The notes under the pieces were generated by a model that saw only the letters and a list, made by a program, of their open reading frames with translations, ran no database searches and was not told the DNA's origin. A program made the position numbers and the translations under genes. A stretch of DNA of 64,000 nt from NCBI GenBank assembly GCA_951406725.2, contig OX597835.1, forward strand, positions 9,548,001 through 9,612,000, in the 5' to 3' direction. Each line of letters opens with the position of its first letter. Position 1 is the stretch's first letter. Below are positions 13,711 to 28,615 of the stretch, piece after piece. Source of the stretch: Octopus vulgaris. Taxonomy: Eukaryota.

Positions 13711-13979
13711 CGCTCATATATACATACATGCATGTATACATATGTGTGTTTGCGCGCGTGTGCGAGTGTCTCATATTCAAGTTTTAAAACTGTGATAAAT
13801 AGGTTTTTAAGCGGATGCGTGCGCGTATGTGCAAGTTACTTTCTTTTTCTTTAAAAAAGAATTAGAAAACATTTATCGACAGATAAAATGTGTCAGAGAG
13901 GCTAAAAGTTCAAAACAGTCACCTTATCTTCAAGAAGATTAAAGGCCATATGTGTATCGGTATGTGATCATGAACGCCA

Positions 13980-14054
<75 letters not shown>

Positions 14055-15062
14055 GTGCATGTATGTATGTATGTATGTATGTATTGTGAGAGAGAGAGAG
14101 AGTCCATATATGTCTATATGTAAAATGATAAGCGTATATTTGTGTTTTCTCAGAAAACTTGGATTGAGAACTTTCCGTTATATTTATTGATGTTTTCTTG
14201 TTTTTATTTTGTCATATTTACTTTTTATTTTGTGCTTCTTATTTTCCCTCCTTCTTAAATCTTATATTTTACGTTCGTTTATTGTCAGTATTTATTCTTG
14301 AGCGTGTATCTTCTAACTTTTTGTATTTGTTTGTTACTATATTTTTTTATCTGTTTGCTTCTATATTTTTCACTTGATAAGACACGAATCGTCATTGATA
14401 AGGTAAGCCTAAAATCAATAGATACATGATCGACACATCTTTGAAAATATTTTCCCATAATCCCCGATTTTATCATGGCCGTTCATAGGTGCAAATCTAC
14501 AATTTTACATTTTGTTTTTCGCGAGTGATTATGTAGCTTATTCATGTTCTAATTGTTATTTTACTAATACGAAGAACGATTGTAAAATATTCTCAATTGA
14601 CTGATATATACACTTTTCATTCAGAAACTACAAGCCTAGCTTAACCCAGATGAAGTGATGTTGTGAAGTTGATCTAATCTAGCATGTTACCCGTCCTTAT
14701 TCAATTGTAGCTCGAGACAAAATTATATTTACTCGTGAAACATGAAATCAGGAATGAGAACAGAAATAAACATTTTGTATAAAGTGACATCTCTCTACAT
14801 ATATATTTACCTCTCTCTCACTCTGCATATAGGGAGACAGACAGAGACAGATATACATATATTTATGAAAACAGGCACACACACACACACAAATGCACAA
14901 ACACACTAAAATACTCTCCTTCTCTACCCCACCTTCATGTGCCATGCCTCCACATCACAGCAAAATAGACCTCCATATCCAAGTCAGAGACCACATTATT
15001 TATCTTCGGGAACATACTACAATGTCTTCCCTTTGTCTTCTGCTTTTGCGGTATAATAATTA

Positions 15063-15299
15063 AGGCGGCGAGCTGGCAGAAACGTTTACACGCCGGGCGA
15101 AATGCGCAGCCATATTTCGTCTGCCGTTACGTTCTGAGTTCAAATTCCGCCGAGGTTCACTATGCCTTTCATCCTTTCGGGGTCGATAAATTAAGTACCA
15201 GTTACGCATTGGAGTCGTTGTAATCGACTTAATCCGTTTGTCGGTCCTTGTTTGTCCCCTTTATGTTTAGCTCCTTGTTGGCAGTAAAGAAATAGGTAT
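15063..15299 (+). mobile_element. SINE family B (tRNA-derived, central domain resembling the Meta-SINE domain)
   Basis: aggcggcgagctggcagaaacg...gagttcaaattcc (B box)...gcctttcatcctttcggggtcgataaattaagtaccag; many copies in the window. The Meta-domain assignment is from recall. Confidence 0.88.
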
Positions 15300-15887
15300 A
15301 ATCTGATCGTCTCCTGTCCTTTCAAGCCTGCTTTTGAGAAAAAGACCTGTGTAAACCTTATACAGGGTTGATATTTAGGCGCACCAACACACAGGTGGGA
15401 CTATGTGACATTTGTCTGTGGGCTACTCTAAATTTAAACTCCTTGCTTCAAGGCAATTTGCTGCCATCTGACCCATAACTTGAGCCCATGACAAGTTCTA
15501 TCACCCAGGGCAAGAGAGGGCTCGTGAGTATTAGTATTTAAGGGTGAATTCCATATTGCTCCAAAATAACTAAATGTCTGTGCTGGAATCTCATCAATGT
15601 TTACCATTATTAATTCTGATTCTATATTCTTCTAAAATCTAAACTATTTAGACTAGTGACTTTGGAATTGACACCGGTTAGCAAACAAAATGAGAAGAGT
15701 ACTACATTTAAAGAGACTGAGAAGGAAGGAAAACAAAAGACGGCATCTTCGTGGACAACTGATAGTTAAATGGCCGCTAGTATGCATAATTAAGGAAACC
15801 TAAATAAGGAACATTACGCAGTAATTCTTGATAGAAACGTCAAGTGAAATAATCCTATATTTACATTAATTATATCTGTCTTGAATC

Positions 15888-16105
15888 AGGCGGCGGGCTG
15901 GCAGAAACGTTAGCACGCCGGGCGGAATGCTTAGCGGTATTTCGTCTGTCGTTACGTTCTGAGTTCAAATTCCGCCGAGGTCGACTTTGCCTTTCATTAT
16001 TTGGGGGTCGATAAATAAAGTACCAGTTTCGCACTGGGGTCGATGTAATCGATTTAATCCGTTTGTCCCCTCTATGTTTAGCCTCTAGTGGACAGTAAAG
16101 AAATA
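15888..16105 (+). mobile_element. SINE family B with 16-bp TSD
   Basis: TSD tatatctgtcttgaat at 15871-15886 and 16106-16121. Confidence 0.92.
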
Positions 16106-16440
16106 TATATCTGTCTTGAATTCTGTTATTTCAGCTATTTCAATAAGTGAGGTCTGGATCCAAAGGCATTGACTCAATATGTGTCTTAACAGTAACCTGG
16201 TTTCGATTCTAAGTTGTTTCAAGTGCACACCATTTGCACGAACATTCGGAACAAACACCGGAACAATACAATTTGCGCTGATACAATACCTTCAAACATA
16301 ATAATTATCATACACACGAACGCACAAACACATGGATGTGTGTGTCAGTATGTGTGTGTGTGCGTGTGTGTAATTTGATTAAAATGTCCTGCACAGTAAA
16401 TTGATTCAACCCTTCTTATAAAATAGACTCCACCACCCTC

Positions 16441-16865
16441 TTTTACTCTTTTTTACTCTTTTTTTCTTGTTTCAGTCATTTGACTGCGGCCATGCTGGAG
16501 CACCGCCTTTAGTCGAGCAAATCGACCCCGGGACTTATTCTTTGTAAGCCCAGTACTTATTCTATCGGTCTCTTATGCCGAACCGCTAAGTGATGGGAAC
16601 GTAAACACACCAGCATCGGTTGTCAAGCAATGTGCTAGGGGGACAAAAACAAACACACACACATACATATATATATACAGTATATATATATATACATATA
16701 TACGACAGGCTTCTTTCAGTTTCCGTCTACCAAATCCACTCACAAGGCATTGGTCGGCCCGGGGCTATAGCAGAAGACACTTGCCCAAGATGCCACGCAG
16801 TGGGACTGAACCCGGAACCATGTGGTTGTTTAGCAAGCTACCTACCACACAGCCACTCCTGCGCC
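16441..16865 (-). mobile_element. Full-length SINE family A with internal (TA)/(TG) microsatellite
   Basis: Head at 16865, internal microsatellite at about 16650-16700, and an (agtaaaag)-type tail at 16441-16470. Confidence 0.92.
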
Positions 16866-17627
16866 GTTTATGTCTACGAACATTTGTAATTAGTATTTTA
16901 AGTTCGGTGTTTACAGTTTAGCACACTACAAAAATAAAATGAAATAAAATAATAATATATTAAGATATGGCAATGTTCACTTACCTTAATGTGTCATGTA
17001 TATTAATAAACATTGATTTTACTGATGAATAAATTTTATTTGGCGACGAGCATTTCTGAAATTGTAAAAATAGATATATATTACATTATGTTCGGAAATG
17101 AAACAAGGAAGGAAAGAAGGGCTGATTCATTCGCATTAATATTTATACAAGTGGATGTAAATATGCGTAAATAAATTATATTTTCAAATATTCTATTAAC
17201 AAATGGGAAAGTTTAGAAGGTCTTATACTGATATGATTAACACTAGCAATGCTTGTATCAAAATGTACTTGACTAACCATTAAATTATATTAGGATATAC
17301 TTAGCTAACACTTTAATGAATGGTTGAACGGGATTAATGAATGGCTGGACGGGGATAATGAATGGTTTAGTGAGCGTCTGGATTGAGTTCAGTGGTGGAA
17401 ATAATGCAATGGTGTAATGAGCGACTGAATTGATAATGAGACGAATCTATGTTTAAATTTATCTTTGAAAATCTTCCAACCATAGTTTACAGAAATGTGA
17501 AAGTGGAACATTTCTAACACACTTACATATAGATATGCATTTATATATACATATATAAACATATATAGTTATGCATGTATATATACATATATGAGGGTGC
17601 AGGCATATTTACAGATATGTGCATACA

Positions 17628-17960
17628 TCTATATAAATAAATGTGTAATTGTGTCTGTCCGTGTGAGTGTTTGGGGTTACTCTAACTCCTTCCACACTGT
17701 CCAACCGATGCCGTGAAGTTCAAATAAACCCGGAATTTTCTGAAAACTCGATAATGCTGAGTTGGCATCGATTTTTGTGAACTCAATCGGGCGTTTGAAT
17801 AGAAATACTCATAAAGATGTTATTTTTCCTGCACCTTTTTCATTTTTCACGCAAAATTACGAGATCGATAGAATACTCTCTAAAGAAATGCTAATTCAAT
17901 AGAAGGTCAGATGTGGGCTTCAACACGGAAAATACGAGCGACGCTGGGTCTAACAGCTAG
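17628..17960 (+). mobile_element. Non-autonomous Helitron
   Basis: A|TCTATATAAATAA 5' end, decayed 3' hairpin (acgagcgacgctgggt), CTAG|T end, no TSD. Confidence 0.7.
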
Positions 17961-18099
17961 TATGTACATATGTATGTGAAATCATATATATGCGTATAGT
18001 TGTGTATGTATGTGTGTGTGTGTGCTTTATAATTGACGTTACGGTTTATTGTTGATTGGCATATAGCTATCAGTTTATCTATTTATTTATTGATAGATA

Positions 18100-18430
18100 T
18101 TGGGTCATCCCATAAATAATGCGCTTGTTTCAGTCGCATGAACTAGAAGTCGGAGGGGTATGGGATAAACTATCTGCATCAACTTGCTATAAAAGAAAGT
18201 AGTAATTTTACCTCGTCAGTATTCTTAGTGCTATTTTTCAAAGCTGTAATGGAAGTGACAAAGAAGCATATTCGGCATATTTTGCTTTATGAGTTCAATA
18301 AAAGCAACGACGCAACGGAAAGTGTGAGGATTCTTAATGAAACTATTTTATCGATGGACTTAATCGTATTCCACCCAGTGAAGCCCCAGCAAATGGATGT
18401 TGCTGAAAAATATTTAACTAAAGAGTAGTT
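18100..18430 (+). mobile_element. Internally deleted mariner relic (5' TIR plus transposase N-terminal HTH)
   Basis: TA|ttgggtcatcccataaataatgcg end; from 18249 MEVTKKHIRHILLYEFNKSNDATESVR, typical of mariner N-termini; no right TIR seen. Confidence 0.75.
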
Positions 18431-18571
18431 ATAAAGAACAGCCTTTTATAATGATATATGAATATAAACTCAGCAAGTTAGAGCTGGGTGTATGTGTGTG
18501 TGTGCGTGTATGTATATAGATAGATATGTAGATAGATACATAAATAAATAGAAAGATATATATAAACATAC

Positions 18572-18613
<42 letters not shown>

Positions 18614-18737
18614 GTATACATACATACACATGGAAACGTTAAGTGTCGCCGGAGAGGTCACAGGTGTGTGACGAAAGGTTTCCGGCCAGTGGATATAAAA
18701 TACATGCACGCACGCACTCACACACACACACACACAC

Positions 18738-18875
<138 letters not shown>

Positions 18876-18876
18876 C

Positions 18877-18909
<33 letters not shown>

Positions 18910-20103
18910 TGTATGTGTGCAAGTTTCACAATAAGAGAACAACATACACACGTATATAAACACACGGAACACATATACAAACATTTATGCTCTGACATAC
19001 ATTGTAGCCAAACAGACGTGCTTTAAGATACATACGCACCTCCAACAACCTCATTCAATCAAGCAATGCATTGTCTGTTGAAATCGTTCTCTGTAGTATT
19101 GTCTGTAGCAGTAGGTACGTAGTTTATTGCTGCACGCTGGTGTCGAAACAATGGCATGCTTCAGAGCTTTGAAAATGCATTAATAACTCGTTACTTGCTT
19201 CGCTCTTGAGAAGATATCTTAATACAGATAATTACAGATTATCAGGTATGACGTATAGACACATCTCGTTTTCCAATCTATTTCAATTAAATTTTAATAA
19301 GATGTTCAGCAGACTTCCATCTTTTTATTTATTTTATTTATATTTATATAATGTTTTGTACAATGGAGAAATTTATCAAGACACTTTTATATTTTATAGA
19401 ATTATATTCTTTGTTTGGTAAATTTATATTCTGTGTTTGGTAAAATTCCTACAGTATATGGTAAATAGCTTCAAAGCGTCAAAGGATTATGACATAGTTT
19501 TAGTGCGGCTTCATGATCACTCACTAATTCATACAGATATCTTATCACTACAATCCTATATTTTACGTAACGTGAGATAAAACTCTATTTTCTTGATATA
19601 TTACAAGAAAAGAAATGACGTGAGAATGCTGCTCTTCCCTTAGTTCTTTCTTTAAAAACAATCACAGGAATATGAGAGATAATTGCTTTATGATTCGTAC
19701 ATTTGACAAATAGCTTAATTAACGTTTCTTTTTAACTCTATATTGAAAAGCTCAAGTGGTTGATTGGCAGCAATCTGCTACTGGTATTACAATATATTTG
19801 AAGATAAAATACTTAATCCATGAGAAACGAAACTACTTAGATTTATATTGAGGTCAAAGCAATTAACGTTTACGTCTCGGTTCAGCAGCGTAACGCTGCG
19901 ATCACTGTTCGTCCAGCAATGAACTTTTCTGCCATTTTAAATCATGACAATGTGTTGCTAAACCTACATTGTTCCAGTTTTCTTTTATTTTTATTATTAT
20001 TTTAGTGAGTACAATGTGACCTGAGATGCCTTCGGCTCATATATTTAACAGTTCAGGTGACGAAGTAGATCACAGCTTGTAGATTAAAGAGAAAGAAAGA
20101 GAG

Positions 20104-20141
<38 letters not shown>

Positions 20142-20294
20142 GATCAGAAGTGTTTCCATCGTCAAATACAAATACATCTTTTGAACTATAGAAAATAAAT
20201 TACACTTACGTACATTTAAAGTAATATATGAAATATGAGTGTATATACAGAACACATACACACATATACATATATACATACATACGTGTATGTG

Positions 20295-20325
<31 letters not shown>

Positions 20326-20372
20326 GCATATATACATATATGTATATATATGTATATATATATATATATTTA

Positions 20373-20433
<61 letters not shown>

Positions 20434-20959
20434 GCGTCGATACATTAAAATCTACTGAAAAATTTAGTGAGAAAATATTCTATTCTAAAATTTTGGCAAT
20501 TTATAATGCGTGTTCATAACATTTTTTTTTTCCATATACATTTCCTTAATATATAACTATTTCTCCCTCTAGTGTCAGCGCTGAATGGATTCCTTCCAAA
20601 CAGAATAAAAGTTTTATGGCAAAAACAAACGCGTTCTTTTTCGACCTTCCAATAAACTACTAAAATCTTTCATAAATCATGAACCTTCTGTAGTCACTTG
20701 ACCATTACGAAATGAATATATAGCAGACACTCCACCACTTTTTTTTTATATTAAGCAGAATATGTGTGGTATTCATGCACTCAGATATAATATGTCTTTT
20801 GTATACGACCATACATCAAAATTGCAAATCGATATCTGGAACGGAAGACAACGGAATACATTTAAGACGAATACAAAATTAATTTTCCCAAAGTTTGACA
20901 AAAACTTCCAAGTTTTACTGTGTTGCGGCTTCACATCTCTCTCTCTCTCTTTCTCTTTC

Positions 20960-21026
<67 letters not shown>

Positions 21027-22074
21027 GTATGTATGTATGTGTGTGTGTACATATATATACATATATATATTTATTTATAGATAGGTAGATAGATAGATAT
21101 AGAGACACACACATACACACACGCACACGCATATTTATATAGATATATAGATATATATCTATGTATGTATGGAATACGATATATGCGTGTATGTATGTAT
21201 ATATATATATATATATATATACATCAGTACGTGTTTGTAGTGTGATTGTAGGTGGAAAAAGGTTTCTGTAACTGTTGCTATAACACACCTATCGCTAAGG
21301 TACACGTTACAGTGTATCATAATTGTCTGACCGCTGAACATTTTGAATAACATTTTGTAGCGTCACTGGTTTTATTCGTCTAACTAGAGCTTTATTCTCA
21401 TTCAATTCAGCAGCTGCAAGGTGGAAGATGCCTTGTGGCAGGTCCCGCACCAGTTGGCTGGGGGAAAATACCGAGCAAGATGTTAATAGATGGTAAATTT
21501 TTTATCATAAGTGTATCTGATGAGAGCTGAACTTATCGACTACAGCAAGACTACCTAATAAGTTGAAGAATGTTTTCTAAATGTACAAGACAATACATAT
21601 AAAGGAATATTTCACCAAAACGTTACTGAAATGAACGATGCAAACCGTTTTCAGCAGAAATCAACACCGAATTACCGATATTAATGCCCATAATGTTACC
21701 TGCTACTGGATAATAACTACCTCAACGTAATTATAAATTCTTTAAAAAAGATTAGATGGTTTCCAATAGGAAACCTTGAATCTCCAACCAGCAATAACAT
21801 CAAACCCCCTAATCACTGTCACTTCACGCTTTAAACACTCCCCTATTGCCTGCTACTTATCGATCTTTTAAAATACTCCTTTAGCAAGAAAATATATTCG
21901 TCAAAGGAAAACCGACATTTAGATCAGCTAGCTTTCAAAAAATAGCTTTCTTATTTCCCCCCAGGCAGTGTCTTATGTCGCCTTTCTAGAATCCGTCTCG
22001 GAAAATGTTGAGTGGGGAATAAGAGATCATTCGTGAAAAGATACAGAGATGTGATGGGAAATGTTCGAAAGAGA

Positions 22075-22135
22075 ATCATTGAAGCCTCATCAATAATCAT
22101 AATGGGGTGACCTGTCAAGAATGAAATTTCTTGCG
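22075..22135 (-). pseudogene. Possible Helitron PIF1-helicase relic (Walker B-like IIDEASM)
   Basis: Translation SFLTGHPIMIIDEASMI; the flanking motifs are not convincingly conserved. Confidence 0.25.
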
Positions 22136-23129
22136 CATATGAGCAATGGTGGGCTTCATAGAAACATCGAAACATTTGTTTTATATCGAGGACAATGTTT
22201 GAATTGGCAGATCAGTGGGGTGTGACATATATATTACTTTCTGTATTTCACATCAACTTCACATATATAAAAAGAAGCTAACTTCAGCAAATATCAAAAT
22301 AGTGCAAGAAATTCTTTTCATCACTCAATCGAATATGGTTTGGTGATTCTTCCATGCTTCCTTTCTGTCTTTGCTTTATCTGTAAAATTCGTCTTGAAGA
22401 AATGTTAAATGTCTTTCGCTTAAAATAAACACATTTCCACAATACTGTCGGAATTTATTTAGTAAATATAAATGCCAAAGTCTTCTTTGGGTAAGAGCCA
22501 ATAAAAAAATGGTTGAGGAAGTAAATCAATCGATTTTAAATTCTTGTAAGAGTTTGCTAGTTGCAGGAATATATACAAGTATTCTCTCACATAAAAATAT
22601 TTCACATTTGATATTGACACTAAAGGGGAGATCAATTAACCTTCAAGAAATATAATTACTTTTACTCTAAAAAGGGCTGCTATAAACGAGAATAAACGAG
22701 ATTTATAAGGCTGTTATATTTATGAGATTGAGACGACGATAAACGACGGAATTAGATTCTATTTTTAATCCGGTTGGCATCTCTTAAATATATCATACTA
22801 ATGTATTAGATGTAGGAGAACTCCAAAGATCCTTCACTTTTCAAAGGAAGAACTGCACTAGTAAATTAAGGATGTTATACGATCAAAAATTTCACCGGAA
22901 ACTAGATAACAACTTCTTCCTCAATCGATCGGTTAGTAATGCAACTCCCTTTCAAAAACAAATCATCTTTTACTCAAATCACTTCAGTCTGAATAGCATG
23001 AGCTTAACCTGAAGATGACAAAATAATTACCAGTAATTTACTTGCGTTCATTCGGTGGCCTGTGGATTTTTCTCATAATTCGCACAAATTGTACTTTAGA
23101 ATATACTATTACTGTTACTTCTGTTGCTG

Positions 23130-23139
23130 CTAGTAGTAG

Positions 23140-23194
<55 letters not shown>

Positions 23195-23246
23195 CAGCTG
23201 TAGTAGTAGTAGTCGTAGTAGTAGTAGTAGTAGTAGCAGCAGCGGC

Positions 23247-23295
<49 letters not shown>

Positions 23296-23363
23296 ATAGT
23301 AGCAGCGGCAACAGCAGCAGAAGCAGCAGTAGCAGTGGTAGCAGCAGCAGTACTAGTAGTAGC

Positions 23364-23417
<54 letters not shown>
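23130..23417. repeat. (TAG)n/(CAG)n trinucleotide microsatellite
   Basis: Read directly; it produces poly-S/L/T/V pseudo-ORFs. Confidence 0.95.
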
Positions 23418-23770
23418 TTTGCGATCGCTGCTTTTTTTTCTGCCGCTGCTACAACACTTTTCCTTTCTAAGTCTTCCGTTACCACGACAACCAATATTTA
23501 ACATTAACACTAAATTTACAATAAAATAAAAGAAAAGCAAGCAACACGGTTTCGGACAATCAGCTGAAAACCGATGGGGTTTGTTGTTGTTATTCTTGTT
23601 GTTGTTGTTCTGGGGGTCTCTAGACTGGAACTAATGGTGTGGACGTTAATCAGAAGCATTACATCCGGAACAAGCCTGTCTGTTTTATCATCCACTCTAT
23701 TTAGAATATGTCCTTCCTCTTCATCGTCGGTTGGATGCGACGTGAAGGAGATTTAACTGTTATTTAAGCA

Positions 23771-23958
23771 GGCGTAGGAGTGGCTGTGTGGTAAGCAGCT
23801 TGCTTACGAACCACATGGTTCCGGGTTCAGTCCCACTGCGTGGCAACTTGGGCAAGTGTCTTCTATTATATAGCCAAGGGCCGACCAAAGCCTTGTGAGT
23901 GGATTTGGTAGACGGAAACTGAAAGAAGCCCGTCGTGTATATATATATATATGTGTGT

Positions 23959-24000
<42 letters not shown>

Positions 24001-24200
24001 CTGTGTTTGTATTTGTCCCCCCAACACATCGCTTGACAACCGATGCTGGAGTGTTTATGTCCCCGTCACCTAGCGGTTCGGCAAAAGAGACCGATAGAAT
24101 AAGTACTGGGCTTACAAAGAATAAGTTCTGGGGGTCGATTTGCTCGACTGAAGTCGGTGCTCCAGCCTGGCCGCAGTCAAATGACTGAAACAAATAGAAG
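23771..24200 (+). mobile_element. Full-length SINE family A
   Basis: Head ggcgtaggagtggctgtgtgg, internal (TA)(TG) tract, 3' end ...gcagtcaaatgactgaaaca. Confidence 0.92.
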
Positions 24201-25042
24201 AGGATACATTGATTGCTCTTATTGTTGTTGTTGTTGTCGTTGTCGTTATTGTTGTTGCTATTGTTGTTGTTGATACAAGGTCAGAGTTGGTTATGCATCG
24301 TTGTTGTTGTGAGGTCAGCCTCTATCGAACCATTCCAACCGCGACCATCGATATTATCGTCTAGTTGTGAACTACGACTACAATGTCCAATATGTCCCTC
24401 TACTTTTATGACGAATTGGTGTGAACTAACAGAGACTGGTGTTACTTAAAGGTCACATGACAAGCTAGTCTTGTTTATCGACTTTCTGAGCAGTAATACG
24501 TCACAGCAACTATGTTACTTCCGTGGCCATCACCATGGACACTCATATTTAACATTAAAATGTGTTGTAGAGAATTAGTAATAATGGTACACTCCTACCA
24601 CACGACGAATGGAATAACCTAGTCACTATAAGTAAAGAGAAGTACCTGAAGTGCCAGAGTACGTAGTAGGAGGTCAGAAATAGTCGTGTCTCTACTATTC
24701 TTACTAAGTATACTGTATACCGAAGTGAGCGTTATAATAATCCGGCATTTTTAGGGTACAACAGTAAGGCCATCCCCTCGAAAGAGCAGCATTAGTTGAT
24801 TCAATTCAATCCCCTCCTTAAGACAAGATATTTTCCATACAAGCAGTCCCAAACCACAGGGATGCATAGAAAGAATATATTTTGTTAAAAAATGTCTTTT
24901 TCTTTCATTGTCTACGGCAGTGTGCAAACGTAGTTTTGCATTTTATATGTATTACATTAATAATATGCTCGTATTAATTTTCATTCCTAATTTATTGACT
25001 ATTGCAGTCTGCCGGGTGTTTTTGCATTACATACATACTACA

Positions 25043-25441
25043 TCTTTATATATAAAAGTGAGGTTGTGTGCTGTCTGTCTCCTATGATTTAGATTCCTAA
25101 CTACTCCCACATTTTGCGGTGCAGTGTAACCAAAACCGGGTATCTTATAGTCGTGATTCATATCGAGCCCTTCTGGGTATTAGCGCGCGTCTACGATGAG
25201 TCTACGATTTAAAAAAAAATTACCATCAATTTTTCCCATTTTTAATGCATTTTTGGCATATATAAGGGAAGTAACTCTCTAAAAGTTTATTATTAAATCT
25301 CAGAACGTAAAAAGCTACAGTAACATCCCCCCTCCCTTTGTGGTTAACCATATTGAGATGGCTATTATACTTTACATCTCTAAAAATGCTTATATAGTTA
25401 TTTCCCTTACAAACCCGAGCAACGCCGGGCGATACTGCTAG
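25043..25441 (+). mobile_element. Non-autonomous Helitron
   Basis: A|TCTTTATATATAAAAG start, 3' hairpin cccgagcaacgccggg, then CTAG|T; no TSD. Confidence 0.85.
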
Positions 25442-25749
25442 TATGTAATAATTAAGTTATGTATTATGCATTGTAGTGTGTTTTGTTACGCTCGTAATTC
25501 CCCGGTCCGTGCAAAAATTGTGTTGCATGAAACCGATCCGTGGTACCAATGGAAGTCGGTGATTGTTAGTTTAAACCGCTTGTCTGTAATGGATTTAGAA
25601 TCAAATACAAATATTTGGTTTTTGCCAAATTTAATTCGTAGTACGTATCCCGTTTGAACAGGGTTGGTAAAAAGAATATATTTTCAATGTCGGAACAAAA
25701 TATTAAAACTTTGTTAGTAACATGAGTGGGGAATTAATAAACCAACTGT

Positions 25750-26068
25750 GCGTAGGAGTGGCTGTGTGGTAAGTAGCTTGCTAACCAACCACATGGTTCC
25801 GGGTTCAGTCCCACTGCGTGGCATCTTGGGCAAGTGTTTTCTGCTATAGCCCCGGGCCGACCAATGCCTTGTGAGTGGATTTGGTGAGTGGATGCTGGCG
25901 TGTTTACGTCCCCGTCACTTAGCGGTTCGGCAAAAGAGACCGATAGAATAAGTACTGGGCTTACAAAGAATAAGTCCCGGGGTTGATTTGCTCGACTAAA
26001 GGCGGTGCTCCAGCATGGCCGCAGTCGGATGACTGAAACAAGTAAAAGAGTAAAAGAGTAAAAGAGTA
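25750..26068 (+). mobile_element. SINE family A with internal deletion
   Basis: Head and tail intact; the central microsatellite region is missing, with the junction at about 25885-25891. Confidence 0.9.
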
Positions 26069-26229
26069 TGATATTTTAAAAGCATTCTGAAGATTCGCAA
26101 CTAAATTCAATTAAACTAGATTTCTGATATATACATGAGTTCAGTTCACAATTATTCGTAGTTCTAGGAAGAGAGGAACTAAAACAGACAAAGGACAAAA
26201 TAATTGATTTTTTTTTTAAATGTAGTTAA

Positions 26230-26658
26230 TCTCTCTCTATATAAACGGCAGTTTGTCTGTCTGCGTGTCTGTGTGCCTGTCAGGTTGTACCCTCACCCTG
26301 ACCACGGCTTTCAACCGATTCTGATGAAACTTGACACACACATAGCCCAATGTCATAATTCAAAACTAACGCAGCGAAAAGTTTGAAAAGTTCCACGAGT
26401 TCTGAAAAAAATTCGATAAATTCGACATGGGGTCGATAATCTAAGCTTTTTATATGCAACACATTTTCTGTCTAGGGGACACAACTCGACCTTTTTATCG
26501 CCCAAAGGGACAGCTAGGAATATCGTATTCGAGTGAAGAGAAGACATTGCAACCTACACATGCGCCTTCGTTCCCTAGAGGGAAAGGACTAGATTGGGAT
26601 TAGTCGTTGCCTACTAGGGGCTCTTACATACCCGGGCAACGCCGGGCTATGCTGCTAG
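26230..26658 (+). mobile_element. Non-autonomous Helitron
   Basis: A|TCTCTCTCTATATAAA start, hairpin cccgggcaacgccggg, CTAG|T end. Confidence 0.85.
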
Positions 26659-26814
26659 TCGTATCTAAACCTCACGTAACAGTATTGTATTGTTTCAGTC
26701 ATTTGAAATGTTTTACTCCGACTGTTTGTCAGCATTAATGTAAAATAGGACTCGTCTATAAACTGTACTGTAGCTCTAACTGCAGAATTTATGATGATGC
26801 AGGGCATATAATAT

Positions 26815-26977
26815 GCTGGTATGGCTGCGTGGTAAGAAGTTCGCTTCCCAACCATATGGTTCCAGGTTCAGTCCCACTGCATGGCGCCTTAAGAAGGCTC
26901 CTTCTATTATGGCGTCGGGTCAACCGAAGTATTCTGAGTGGATTTAGTAGACGGAAACAGAAATAAACCCACCACAA

Positions 26978-27035
<58 letters not shown>

Positions 27036-27185
27036 TTCAGCAAAATTTAGATTCAGATGAATATGGTACTTAAGTTAAAGGCACCAGAATTTGGTATGGT
27101 ATTATCCATATAAATCAAATGGGATGATTATAATCAAAATACGCAACAAGGATATCCACGGTAGTGTAATTCTTGTTGTTTATTT

Positions 27186-27268
<83 letters not shown>

Positions 27269-27520
27269 TGTGTGTGTATGTATATGTATGTGTGTATGTG
27301 TGTGTGTGTGTGCCTGTGTCTTTATGTTCGTGTTTCTTCGCCCTTACCGCTGGACCAGCGGTGCTGGTGTCTTTACGTCCCCGTAACGTAGCGGTTAAGC
27401 AAAAGAAACCGTTTAAAAATAAAACAGGTGTAAAAAGGAAATAAGTATTCGGGGTCAATAAGTTCAACTAAAAATTCTTCGAGACGTTGCCCCAGCATGG
27501 CCGTAGTCCAACGACTGAAA
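26815..27520 (+). mobile_element. Diverged SINE family A with an insertion of about 155 bp (27033-27187) in its internal (TA)n
   Basis: The 5' half (26815-26970) and 3' half (about 27320-27520) are separated by TA tracts flanking an unrelated segment. Confidence 0.75.
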
Positions 27521-28165
27521 AAAATATATATATAAACAGCTGCAGTTCTGTTTGAGATTTTCACATGATTAAACTTCGAATTAAATTTTAAAATTTTGTG
27601 TTGTATACTTATGGACTTCAATTGTACAACATAATTTGCCTTTAGTTCCAATGACAAAAGCATTGGTTTAAGGTCCATCCACTAAAGATCCATCCACGTT
27701 GCTCGGAGAACTGTGCAAGAATATATGAATATATTCTCTGTTGGCGCCACGTTGAAACGGAACCAACCCTTGAAACGGAATAAACTCCATTCAATATTAA
27801 TCTTATTGGTGCAGTACCTGGCAATGGTACTGGAATTCTTTGCTATACAAATACTCGTAACTGAAGATGAAATTTAAATCCATATAAAAGATTGTATAAA
27901 TATTTGAGATACCTACAGGCTTTTAGTCAAAGTTGAAACATTAATCAAAACAGCAGTAGCCATATTGAAATCAATATAGACACAAGACTCCATATACGCA
28001 AAATAAGTCATGAATATAAAGTGGCGGGTGAAGGTTATGCAATTAATTTATCTAACTTATAGTACAATACTGGGAGAGTTGGAATGAGGACATACGATTT
28101 GGGAATTTAATACTGAATATATACTTCAATTTTTATTATATTAAAATGGATGTCAGCTGCAATCT

Positions 28166-28204
<39 letters not shown>

Positions 28205-28438
28205 TGCGCGCGCTTGTGTTTGTTCGAAATTGATTCCTTACAAACTGCCGTGTATGTTACGCTCATATAATCTTATGAAGCCAAGAACGTTGGCTCCAAA
28301 TTTATATGCACATACACAAACTCATAGACACACACATATAAATACGTGTACATATACATATATATATATATACATATACATACATATATATATGTGTGTG
28401 TGTATATATATATGTGTTTATATATATGTATATATATA

Positions 28439-28482
<44 letters not shown>

Positions 28483-28506
28483 CATATATATGCGTGTGTG
28501 TATATA

Positions 28507-28615
<109 letters not shown>

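Noticed and set aside
23096-23540. Poly-Ser/Leu/Thr ORFs resembling a mucin or membrane protein
   Set aside because: Pure (TAG)/(CAG) repeat that is open in several frames.
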